From Macrostomum lignano (Eukaryota): 64,000 bases of DNA. This document shows positions 25,813 through 37,414 of this stretch, in pieces (the stretch's first letter is position 1; each line of letters opens with the position of its first letter). The position numbers and the translations under genes are program-made. A model generated the notes under the pieces. That model did no database searches and was not told the origin of the DNA. It saw nothing but the letters and a program-made list of their open reading frames with translations. The stretch is from NCBI GenBank assembly GCA_002269645.1, contig NIVC01002846.1:1-64000 (forward strand), in the 5' to 3' direction.

Positions 25813-28025
25813 CTAGCTGTACATGTGAGTCTGCATCATGACCTTGACGAACTCTTCAACATCGACTGCATTGTCGCCGTTTGTGTCGGCTTCCTGGATC
25901 ATCTCCTCCAGCTCAGAGTCCGGTATGCGCACTTTGTAGTCACGGCAGAGCTTCTTCAGGTTGGCCAGGGTCACCTTGCCGGTGCCATCTGCGTTCGGGA
26001 TGAGGGAGAGGAGGATTTGGACTCGTGATTTTGACTAGCTTGATAAGACGTTTTCAGGTTTGAGCATTAAATCCCACCTTCTGAACTTCTGAATATAAAA
26101 TGCAGCATGTGTGTTGTCCAAGGTTTAATTCAAATGTTCTCAGGCTAACGATCGGGTTTCAAGACCATTTCAACTGTCCTTATCTCTTCAATGCGTCTCA
26201 AGGGTTTCTGGGCTGAATTTTGTCCAGCGCCCCAGATTGTGCAAAGAAGCAAATCTTGAGAAAATCAGTTTACAGAAGTCGATAACTTCTACATGTAGCT
26301 TTATCTTGCCGGTGCATTTTGCAACGATAACCGGCCTTCCTGCAGAGAAATTTGCATGATAACGCAACAACCTTTGTTGTTTCAATTCTTACCCAAGTCG
26401 AAGTGCTTGAATCCCAGCACGATCTCGTCGTGCAGGTCCCTCACGTCGCCTTGTCGGTCGATGACAAAGTTTAGAAATGCGTTGAAGTCAGTGGCGCTGG
26501 AATGAATTGTTGGGATGGCCCGAATGGACATTATTAACTGCCTTGGGAACTCTGCTGGTTCGTTCCACCAAACCAAACCACTCGTCCTTTCTGTGTGCAT
26601 TCAGTATCTGCACTATACATCAACCTCAATGCACCCAACACCCAAACTCACACAAGCCCTTTGTTAAGCTCGGTCGCCATCTTGTGCACCTGGTCCATGT
26701 CGGTCTTGAAGCCCAGAGCTCGCAGGGCCAGACGGACTTCGGCCAGACTCAGATTGCTGCATGGAATGAGCAGGCATTTTTGCAAGCCTATAGCTTCTAA
26801 CTAGCATGAGCTTAAAATAACTCCGGGCCTCACCCGTCTAGATCTGAGTCGAACACGTCAAACACGAGCTTGAGGTCGCGAATCTCCTGCGGCGTGAGCT
26901 CATCCAGGGCCCGTACCCCAATTTTCATGTTGTGCAGCTCTTTCTCCTCGACTTCGTGCGTTTTTAACACGTGCAGAAGCTATGGGATGTGGCGTTTTGC
27001 ATTGTCATTGTCACATGCATTTGCTTTTTTTACAAACTAAAACTGTGCCTTTGCATAAAACCTGTGTGCGTACTGATTAAAGTGCCGCGGAGCTACATGT
27101 ACATGTATATGTGGGGGTCACGCTCACCCCGCAACAACTGCGCCGCCACCATTGAAATTGCGCTCTAAAAACTAAATGAGAAGTATAGCCAAAGCTCGAC
27201 AAATTACAGGCGCTGAACAGTTGTCACTTGTTTGACATCGCATCGACCCACCTACAGACAGGGGCACCCACCAAGAGACAGGTGCAGTGGTCCCTACGCC
27301 ACTGTCTGAGGCTTCGGAGTCAACTAAAGTGCGTAATATGCGATTTTAGGAGATTTTTTGTCTTGGGATCTGTAAATTGGGGCGGGAGTGTGCTTTTGAG
27401 GTTCATTTAATTTGCACTGCCATCAACTGAAGCCTATTTTGGTGATCACACTCAGGGAAACGACAAAACTTGGAGGCCGATCTATTAATAACTTAGTTCT
27501 CGAAAAGCATTACCTCGATATGCTCTACCTTGTAGTCAGTGATGTCTGTGGTAAAAACCAATTAATAGGCCTCCAAGTTTGTCGTTTCCTGTCCCGAGTA
27601 TTGAGTAGTCCCTGATCACACTGTACATGATTTTTTGTCACCTTTTATACCAGTCACGTGATTTTATTGCAATGTTTTGTAAAGAAGGATCAGTAAGGAT
27701 GTTGCAGTAGTGAGTGAAAAACAAGGGTGAAATTGTTAAAAAATTGGAACCCCATGCTTCTGCAGTGTTCTTTAAATGGTATTTTCAAAGGTGCTATCAA
27801 AAGGCAAAATTTATTTCATAGTTTAGGACAGTGGCTACTTACATTTTCTCCCAGCAGTGGTATGTTTGGTGGCAGTGGCTTGGGCATCAGGACACTGCCA
27901 GAATCTTGTGCACCTCCATCAGCTTTGGGCAGATCAGAACGCCCAGCAATGCTTGCCTTGTTGCCCAACTTCTTGCTGCCTTTCTTGCCACCCTTTTTAC
28001 CACCTTTCTTGCCACCTTTTGGCAT
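25813..28025 (-). CDS. Centrin/calmodulin-like EF-hand protein with Lys/Gly-rich N-terminus, ~237 aa; complement(join(25813..25988,26393..26496,26652..26756,26834..26979,27843..28025))
   Basis: EF loops DSDLDGNLSLAE, DLDGTGKVTLAN and DTNGDNAVDVEE. Centrin-like ELTPQEIRDLKLVFDVFD, LALRALGF and ELEEMIQEAD. All junctions are GT-AG and phase-consistent (0,2,2,1). Linking exon 1 (MPKGGKKGG...) is inferred from phase and proximity. Confidence 0.8.
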
Positions 28026-30712
28026 AGCTTGAGCTGAAACATGTAGTCAAACATTTTAAGTGATTTTTATCAAGAAATTTTTACATTGCAAACAATAAAA
28101 ATAAATATTTCAATGATAGTTCAGTAAAATTTTAAAATGTGACTTTAACTTTCTTTTTTTAACTTTTAACAAAGAGTTAGGCTGTCAGGCCCTATATCTA
28201 TCTTGTTATTATTATTTCAAACAAGAAATAAAAAATGCTAACAAATATTTATCAATCATCATATTCATAGTACTAAACTATCCATATACATTAATAAGTT
28301 CAAAGGAAAACAGTCATATGAAAAAACTTTTTATGAGCTTCTATTTTATATGAGATATATTATCATATATATATATATATATATACATCTTAGTATAACA
28401 ATATTCAGTGTGTATATATATATATATAGTATTACTGTACTATTATTTATTTGACCGAAAGTCTTTTAAAGCTTGACAGTGCAATTTCATCTAGAAAAAA
28501 GCTTTTTAGTTTCTTTGCTATATGTGATATATTTTAAGTATAACTTCTCTTTCAATTGTTTAAGTTTTCCAAGAATTTCATGATTGATTTATTATGCCCA
28601 GCTCATGTCTAATAATATATTGATCCACAACATTACAATACAGATTTTTCTTTGTATATTTTTTTTTTAATTTGGACTAAAAATTTTTTTCTAACGGACT
28701 AAATAGATTTACTAATTCTGCCTTACATCTGAATTATTATACTTTATTCTTGACATTAATTTAATACATCATTTTATTTGTCATTATAGCTATTACCTAT
28801 TTAGCTATAAATACTTCGAGTACTGTTGATCTACTTACAATACAACAGACAATAGTATGATTGTATAGAGTTAGGTTCTACACTGTACAGATCCAGTAGT
28901 TATTATTTTGTACCTTCTGTGCAAATATGCATAATTCAGTAATTATAGGCCTTCCTTACTAACTTCATTCCATGTATCCAAGATTTATCCATAAATGATG
29001 GATAAATGAATGAATGAATAAGTTTTCGTAAGACTACGTTAAAAGGTAATAGAAACGATGAAGCTGCACTAAGTAAAGCTAAGCAGACATCTTTTCATAG
29101 GGAAAAAGTAACTTTGTTAAGAAAAAGCTAAAACCATGTTAGCGGTTTTTAAACTAGCTATTTGGGTTTTGCATAATGCATTCTACTTTTTGTTTTAAAT
29201 CTGTTTTTTACAACGAAGAGTGTATCACGCACCGACCGAAGTTTTTAGTAATGTTACACAGACACAGTACTATAGTGCGCACTCGGAATGAAAGTCTTCT
29301 AAAAACAATTCGCATCATTCTATCAAACTAAAGCGCACCCAAAAACGGTTTTTAACTTTTTGTTTGGTATTTTTGCCAGCTGAGCTAGACCAAATATACA
29401 TAGTAGTGCGCATGCGTGTGCATTGCCGCGTAGTCCAGAATTTTGGTACTTGACGATCAACGGGGGGGGGGTAAAATTGTAAGGAGGCCAAGAGAATTTC
29501 ACCTCCCTCGTCACCCTATTGGGAATGTATACCGAGCCCTATAGCTTTACCCGTAGCTATACAGCTAGTACATGTACATTTGTTCAGTTATCTACAAAAT
29601 TTCAATCTTGTAAAAATTTGTCTATTCTCACGAAGTAAAACGTTTAACTTTCATAAATTAAATGATCAGGTCGTCTAACATGTACGAGGGCTGTTGTATA
29701 AAGATATGTACAGGGACGGCGACAACTATATTTAAAACAAGTGTTTTTTAGTAATTGAAACAAGTTTTTTTAGTTGTCCCTGGTGATGTAATAATTATAT
29801 ATTTAATTAACGTCATGTTGTAAACTATACAACGTCACGTACATGATCCCCGGAAGATATTTTGTTGGGGACTGCATGGAAGACTCGAAGAATCAAAAAT
29901 AAAAATGTTTCAATTGTATGTGATAGATGCATGTGTATATACATGTAAACGGATCATGAATGTCAATTAGTTCAGTCCCTCCATTCAATGAGCTTGGTTA
30001 TCGATTTAGTTATTGCAGGAGAGCAACTTTTAGTCGGCTATATAGTCGGCTATAGCCGATTTGGTCGGCTATATAGCCTGTTGCCATATTTTACATGTAT
30101 CTTGAAGGCATGATGTATGCATGCATACTTTTAGTTTTGTTTCAACATAAGCTATATAGAGCTTTCTGCGTCGAACTAGGCAATTGTACTGTATATACCT
30201 GTACGTCGATCTAAACGATTTAGATCGATGCAATAGCGATGCATGCACATGTGTAGTAGGCCGCGGATTTCTGACGCTGACAAATTCGAATATTTGCATA
30301 TAATGTATGTAAAATGCATAAACTTTTTTCAAGTCAGCAGCGCTTACGAACAAGTCGAAATTCCGGGCTGATGGTATCGCAATGTGTTTGCTAAAACCAA
30401 ATATGTCCCTTAATAGCATATTTCAAATATACTGTATCACTGACTTCGTCTACACGTCTACATGGCTTATTTTGCAACGAGAAATTAATACAAGACAGCT
30501 TGGAAACCATACTTTTCTGCTTTGCTTCAAGCGCTTGTATATAAGCCAAACAAACTGTATTTTCATGAGCTACATACATGTACACGCAGGGATGCCAAAA
30601 GAATAGATAAAGAAGAGTGAATTTAAAACTGCACTACACGCCCTACTGATTCACACCAGTGAAACAAACACAACTGTAATCAGAAACTCCTAGCCATCAA
30701 GCATCAGCAGAA

Positions 30713-32197
30713 ATGCCATCCACTGAATCCAGCGGCAGTCTGGGTGAGTCCACAGAACTCCTGACTCCGGGCAGGTCGCGGATGAGCGGCTCCAGCAAGG
30801 TATCCGTGGCCATGCTGCTCGTGATGAAACTCTGCGGACACATGTACGAAAATCAAATGGCCACTTTCGACGTAAAAGCGTTCAATCAGACAGCTGCCAA
30901 CGCCGGGATTTGCGTCTACGAAAAGCAGACGCCGACTAGCATGCTCAATATTGTTGTAATCGCCATGGCAATTGCAGCGCTTTGTTTACCAACTCTGGGC
31001 GGCCTGCTGTCCGATGCTTTCCTCGGGTGCCTCAGGACTCTGTGGATCGGCGTCGGACTGCAGCTGTGCGGCAGCGCCATGCTGACGGCCTTCGACTCGG
31101 CTGGCCTGGTTTGCCGAATGCCGATGTACCTGCTGGCCTGGGTTCCCGTTCTGCTGTTCCTGGGCTTCAGCGACTCGCTGACGCTCTACGCGCCGATGCA
31201 AATCGCCACGAGCAGCCGCACCAGGCAGCTGCTGCTCTGCCTGTACTTTTTCGCCGCGGCCACCGGCGAGACGATTGGCAACGTGCCATCCATGCTGAAG
31301 TACTTCACGGAGAGAAGCTACGAGTACTTGTGCGTCATCTTCGCCGTCTGCAGCTTTCTTTGCCTGACGGTGCTGACGTTGCAAAGCGAAGACGCCGTGC
31401 TGAGACACGAAAATGTCGAGAACTTCGTGATGCCTAGAAGAAAGCGGCTGATAAAATTTTATCTGATCGCAGCGGGCACGATTCCGCATCTGGCCTCCAT
31501 CACGATGTGCCGAGTCACTCTGTACTGGTACCAGATCCGGCTGTTTACTCACGCTTACGGCGACAAGGACGTCCTGGCCTACTTTATCCCGCTTGGTGGC
31601 TATCAGACAGCTACGATTTCCTTGAGCCTGCTGGGAGCAGCTGCAATCTACAAGCTCGGAGCACCTGGCTGGGCGAGCTTAATGACCCGCATTCGAGCCG
31701 GTCTCTGCCTGATGACCGCCTCAAAAATCCCGCTTATGCTGTTGAGTCTGCTCGACTTCCATCAGGTGATCAGCATGGAGAGCTGGAGCTCCGCAACAGT
31801 GTGGACCGTCTACTTCGTGTCCGCCTTTTGCGACGGAGTCACCAATGTGCTCACCACAATGGCCATCTACGAGATGATCTACCGCATTGCTGACGCCGGC
31901 GCCAAAGCGACCATGGTGGGCATTTTCTACACAGTCTGGGGACTCGCCATCTTCCTCAACGGCGCCATTTTGCTGTCTCTGCAGGCTTGCAACGTGCTGC
32001 ATTTGGACCTTAACGACAGAGTTAAGCCGAAGTCGCACTACGCATACGGCTGCGTCATCTGCCTGCTGCTGATCGAAATCGCCTACTGGGAGAAGATCTC
32101 GTGGCCTCTGGCCTCCGGGCTGCTGTCGGATCACGAGGCTGAGGAGGCCGAAGGGCAGGATGGACCTCAGCTGAGCTCATTTGCCGGGCGGGACTGA
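30713..32197 (+). CDS. Intronless divergent POT/PTR2 (SLC15-like) MFS transporter, 494 aa
   Basis: A single ORF with ~12 hydrophobic segments. PTLGGLLSDAFLGCLRTLWIG resembles the PTR2 signature, and the C-terminal YEMIYRIADAGAKATMVGIFY resembles the POT TM10-11 motif. Confidence 0.7.
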   Translation: MPSTESSGSLGESTELLTPGRSRMSGSSKVSVAMLLVMKLCGHMYENQMATFDVKAFNQTAANAGICVYEKQTPTSMLNIVVIAMAIAALCLPTLGGLLSDAFLGCLRTLWIGVGLQLCGSAMLTAFDSAGLVCRMPMYLLAWVPVLLFLGFSDSLTLYAPMQIATSSRTRQLLLCLYFFAAATGETIGNVPSMLKYFTERSYEYLCVIFAVCSFLCLTVLTLQSEDAVLRHENVENFVMPRRKRLIKFYLIAAGTIPHLASITMCRVTLYWYQIRLFTHAYGDKDVLAYFIPLGGYQTATISLSLLGAAAIYKLGAPGWASLMTRIRAGLCLMTASKIPLMLLSLLDFHQVISMESWSSATVWTVYFVSAFCDGVTNVLTTMAIYEMIYRIADAGAKATMVGIFYTVWGLAIFLNGAILLSLQACNVLHLDLNDRVKPKSHYAYGCVICLLLIEIAYWEKISWPLASGLLSDHEAEEAEGQDGPQLSSFAGRD

Positions 32198-33110
32198 CGC
32201 GTGGATCGCTTGCACTTCTTATGTGCAGTACATTCAGTAATTCTTCAGAGTAGATAAAAGGTGCAAGACTTAGTGATCTGAATGCTTCTGTTGCGAGTAA
32301 TTTTGAGCTGAAAAAAAACTGTCACGAGGTTCACAAGAACAGACAAATTTACTATTTAAACTGTAATTTACTGCTCCAATAAATTTAATCTTCTATCACG
32401 CAAATTTTGTAGCTTAAAAATTGATTCGAATTTGTTTGTGCTGTAATCCATCTAATCAAACTCCGGAGATGCACTCAGCAACATGCTTAAGTTTCCACCA
32501 CGCCTGCGGTTCTCGTCTCAACAGTGGGTGATGCGATTTGCGTCACAAGGCCCCCCCCCCAGCTCAGGCTGTTAAGGAGAAAGCGGAGAGCGATGGCTTT
32601 TAGAGTTGAATTAACTAAAGGCTGAAACATGTTGCTGGGGGACCTTGCTTTGAAAACTTGACATGTAAGGCTCGTTCATACTGCTCGGACTTGTACACCA
32701 ATTTGCGTTGGCTTTGTAAACTAGCTGTGCTACCTAATGGCAAGGACCACTAGGTACACTTTGTTCTAGTCTAGTAGCCCTTGTTTAATTACAGAGTGAG
32801 GGGCCGCTATAAGACGGCCAAACCAGTCGGTCGATCTGCCAAATGCAAAGTTAAGATAAGCTTCGTGTCGAAACTGTACTTAAGCCGAGAGAGCAACAGC
32901 GTACATTTTTAGAATCCTAACTAAGCGTGGGGCTACATGCTCCGATTGTGTGCAGCTGTGTAAAATTGCTGTGAGCGCTGTGATACGAGCTCCGCTGTAA
33001 ACAAGTCAGTCGGCTGTTTTTGAATGCTATATTCAAGCTTTTAATCAAAGCCACAATTTTATGGTAGAAGGCTACGTAAAAGTTCGAGCAAAACTCCATT
33101 TGCTAGAGGA

Positions 33111-34853
33111 TTGAAAGCCAAAAACCTCGTCCTCGGTCTAGCGGTGGCGGTGGCGGCCGCTGCCGCACTGCTGGCCAACAGCGGCCTGCTGCACTCGGCG
33201 CTTCCCGGCGGAATCGAAGACCCGGAGCCGCTGCAGCGCATTCTGCCTACGTTCAACTTTGTGTTTTACACGGGCGTTGCCTCATGGATGCTGGGTGCCA
33301 CTCGGAAAGTGTTCGAACCTGCCAAGTTTCTGTTGCGAATCATCAGGTCGAGCAATGCGGCCGTCAGCTTTCCTGAGCTTGAGTCTCGAATTGAGAGCAT
33401 TACAAGGGTGAGCAATGGGGCGCAGGGTAGCTCTGCGGTTAGAGTGTCTTAACTGTACGGATCGACCGTCCCTTGATTTGCGAGAAGTATTACCGTTGAA
33501 ACCATTAGAGTTAATCCGTAATGTGACGTTAACTCCCGCACTGAAGGCTGACGGATCGCAGCTCACACTGAAGATCGATGCTCCAAACAAGTAGCAGATG
33601 AAGTCGCAGAAACCATCGCCCGCCATCCTATTCCTGCACGGCGGAGGCTATGTGCTCAACAGCCCGGCTGAGTACAGCTACCTTACTGGGAACCTGTCCT
33701 CCAGCCTAGGCGTGCCAGTCTTCTCGCCCGACTATCGCAAGAGTCCGACGTGGACGCATCCGGCTGCGCTGGAGGACGCCCTGGCGACGCTGCGCCACCT
33801 GCGGTCGAATGCCGAGGCTTACGGGCGTACGGCATCGATCCCGAGCGGCTTCTGCTCGGCGGGGACAGCGCCGGCGGCCACCTCAGCATCGGCGTCACCC
33901 TGCGGCTCCTGCAGGCTGGCGAGGCCGTGCCGTCGGCCCTGCTGCTCATCTACCCTGCCACGCAGCTCGTCACTTTCTGCCTGCCCAGCCACCTGGAGAA
34001 TCGATTCGACGTTTTCTTGTCCGAGTCAACGGCGTGCGCATTTCGACTGGCCTACCTGGTTGGCGACACGGCCGACGTGCCGGTGTGGAAGGCCAGCAAC
34101 CACAGCAGCCCAGCCATCAGGTAGGCCGTCTGGACATATCATTTTTAGTGCTTCCCTTCTTTAAACTACAGAAGGGGGTTTTGCAGAGCTTTCAGAAGCT
34201 CAAAGCTAAACATCGTAGATTTCTAATCGCACTGGGAAGTGACTAGCAAGCTGCAAGTATCCAAGCCTAAGCAATGCCCGCAACCATTAGACAACCATGA
34301 CCGCTTTGTACCCGGAGTGTACTTTGAGGACGCAGTCGAATGTAGACATGCAGCATTCTGTTGATGCTTGGAGCAGTTAACATGTAGTTCATCGCTGCGA
34401 CACCGCTCTGCCACGAAGCCCAGCATTCAGTCCCGTCAGCACTCGCATTACAGGTCGGAGTTGGCCAAGAAGTTCGGCCTGCCTCAGCTGGCCAGCCAGT
34501 GCCCCAAGGATATCGGGGGAGCCGGACTGGACTGGGCCATCAGCCGGTACGAGTTCGCCTACAGGGACTGGCTGCTGTCTCCGCTGTTCGCTCCGGACGA
34601 GTTGCTGGCGAAATTTCCACCCAGCCTCACGCAGACCTGCCAGTTTGATGTACTGCGCGACGAGGGCCGCATGTTCCACGAGCGGCTGGTGCGAGCCGGC
34701 GCCGCAGGCGGTTCCAGAAGCCACAGGCACCGGCGCTACGCCTCAGTGCACGGCATGTACGGCTTCCTGCGGACCGGTCACGCACCAGCCGTTGCCGCAA
34801 TGGACGAAGCCAAGGCCTTCGTTGCTTCGGTCCTCGGACTGGACAAAAACTAG
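33111..34853 (+). pseudogene. AADAC/NCEH1-like esterase (alpha/beta hydrolase, HSL family), apparently disrupted in this sequence
   Basis: N-terminal membrane anchor, HGGG oxyanion motif, DYRKSP, GDSAGG nucleophile, FDVLRDEG and HGMY. Last intron 34121-34453. Lesions: no in-frame ATG upstream, a frame break near 33408-33445, an in-frame TAG at 33592-33594, and an ~8-nt insertion/frameshift at ~33820-33830. Confidence 0.7.
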
Positions 34854-35039
34854 AAAATTTGTAGCTGTTTTATGCTCACACCATCGGCGCAGGCACTCCT
34901 CCGCGGTCCTTGGCAGGCACATGAAACTCTCAAGGCAGAGAAGAACAGAAACTCGCTAAAACAAATCAAAATGATATAAAAACAAATGGGCAACAATATA
35001 ATCAAGATTTGGTAGCAAGACTGCAACTGCAGCAACTGC

Positions 35040-35394
35040 TTCCTTCAGTGCGCGACAAGAGACGCGATTTGTGGGAAGCCAACTCGTGGTTCCTTCATCA
35101 GGACAATGCGCCAGCTCACTATGTGTCAGGCAGTATCTGGCGAATAGGAATGTCATGGCAGTGCTAGACCAGTCTTCATATTCACCCAATCTAGCTCCCT
35201 GCGATATTTTCCTATTTCCCATGCTCAAGGAGGTTCTCAAAGGTACTCAATTTCCTGATGCTGATACCATCAGAAGGGCCACGACGACAAAACTGCAAAG
35301 TTATTCCCAAAGAAGCCTTCCAGGGCTGCACGGAGGCCTGGCGCACGGAGGAATGGACAAGTGCGTTCGACTCAGGGGGGGGGACTTATATTAA
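35040..35394 (+). mobile_element. Mariner (DD34D) transposase C-terminal remnant, frameshifted
   Basis: WFLHQDNAPAH, then a frameshift into YLANRNVMAVLDQSSYSPNLAPCDIFLFPMLKEVLKG. This matches the mariner HDNAxxH...YSPDLAPCDF motifs. Confidence 0.85.
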
Positions 35395-36300
35395 CTGCGT
35401 TATTAAGGAATTAAGAAAATTTAGTAAAACAAACTAATGACAAATATTTGACAGCACAATACATTTCTGCAGTAGTATAACGCGCATTTTACTTAGAGTT
35501 AAATATTAAGCCTTGCAAAGGGAACAACAAAGCTGCTAGGCGGATTATATTTCTGGCCTACAATACAGCAAAATGGTGCTAAAGCTGCTTTCTAGTGCTA
35601 GAAAAAGAGGTGCTTACAGTTAATAAATACTCTACAGCATAAATACAGGTGTATAAATATCGTAATAACAAGTAATCATAATGAGACATGACATCCGCAA
35701 GAGAGAGTGAATGCAATGCACTGACTTCAACAGCCAGCTGCTTGAGTTGAGGGTGGAAGTTAGTGCGATATTGTTCTGTAAAAAACAGAATAAAAACTGC
35801 TAAAAAGTTCAGTGGAGACAGCTCAGAGTGAAACTTGAGATCCGCATTAACGGGAAATTTCCCTCTGAATAAAAAGAGAAAAAAAGTAAAACAAAAAATC
35901 AAACTGCAGCGTGCTGGAGTGGACACTAATGGATTTCGCAGACATTTAATATAATAAAACTACTACATGAACTACTCGCAGTAGGAATAACAGCGCTTGT
36001 GCGCTGAGCGGGAATTAAAAAGTGAATTATGATGGTACAGCTATGTTGCGGAAACAGATATGTACAGCTGGGATATAAGGGCATGGCCAATAAACTGGCG
36101 CCCTTGTTGTTCACAAGATTGCTGCAGAAAATGAAAAAGCCAAATGGGAAAAAACTTGAAATGTGCGCGAATTTTCGGAATACACGAGTGTTGCTAAATA
36201 AAGAGGCTTGGCTCACCAGGTGAAGCAAGCTTAAACAAGGTGGTATAAAGTTAGTGGCAGTGTAAAAAGGCAACGTAAAACTGGCTTTTGTAGGCTTAAC

Positions 36301-37140
36301 AAACTGCTCAGATCTGCTCATACCCAGCTGCACTGCTCAGATCTGCTCATACCCATCTGCACTGCTCAGATCTGCTCATACCCAGCTGCAACCAGTGCTC
36401 AGATCTGCTCATACCCATCTGCACTGCTCAGATCTGCTCATACCCATCTGCACTGCTCAGATCTGCTCATACCCATCTGCAACCAGTGCTCAGATCTGCT
36501 CATACCCATCTGCAACCAGTGCTCAGATCTGCTCATACCCATCTGCACTGCTCAGATCTGCTCATACCCATCTGCAACCAGTGCTCAGATCTGCTCATAC
36601 CCATCTGCAACCAGTGCTCAGATCTGCTCATACCCATCTGCAACCAGTGCTCAGATCTGCTCATACCCATCTGCAACCAGTGCTCAGATCTGCTCATACC
36701 CATCTGCACTGCTCAGATCTGCTCATACCCATCTGCAACCAGTGCTCAGATCTGCTCATACCCATCTGCAACCAGTGCTCAGATCTGCTCATACCCATCT
36801 GCAACCAGTGCTCAGATCTGCTCATACCCATCTGCAACCAGTGCTCAGATCTGCTCATACCCATCTGCAACCAGTGCTCAGATCTGCTCATACCCATCTG
36901 CACTGCTCAGATCTGCTCATACCCATCTGCAACCAGTGCTCAGATCTGCTCATACCCATCTGCAACCAGTGCTCAGATCTGCTCATACCCATCTGCAACC
37001 AGTGCTCAGATCTGCTCATACCCATCTGCAACCAGTGCTCAGATCTGCTCATACCCATCTGCAACCAGTGCTCAGATCTGCTCATACCCATCTGAAACCA
37101 GTGCTCAGATCTGCTCATACCCATCTGAAACCAGTGCTCA
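36301..37140. repeat. 33-bp minisatellite (ctcagatctgctcatacccatctgcaaccagtg)n with 29-bp deletion variants, downstream of the LASP stop
   Basis: About 26 units, seen directly. Confidence 0.95.
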
Positions 37141-37414
37141 ACAAAAGCAGTCCATAAAATAGCAGTGACACAAATACTGATAAATGTAACAATCAAAATT
37201 GAAAATTTCCAGATTCCAAATAAGCAAACGAAAAAAGTGGAACAAGCCAGTTTGACCAGAAAAGTTGACAATGAAGGTTTTCATTTTTTCAACAGATACA
37301 GAACACTGCTCGCAAAGATTAAAGGATATAAAAATTTGTTAGTAAGTCAACTACCCCTACTTTGTCCAGGCATATTGAGCTGGCAGTTTAGCAAAACCTG
37401 CTCAGTGAATGAGC

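Noticed and set aside
29683-29712. Mariner-like TIR start (tacgagggctgtt)
   Set aside because: No matching inverted end or transposase was found nearby.
30206-30228. Perfect 10-bp hairpin tcgatctaaa-cga-tttagatcga upstream of the POT gene
   Set aside because: It is too short and isolated to assign a function, and lacks the terminal CTRR context expected of a Helitron end.
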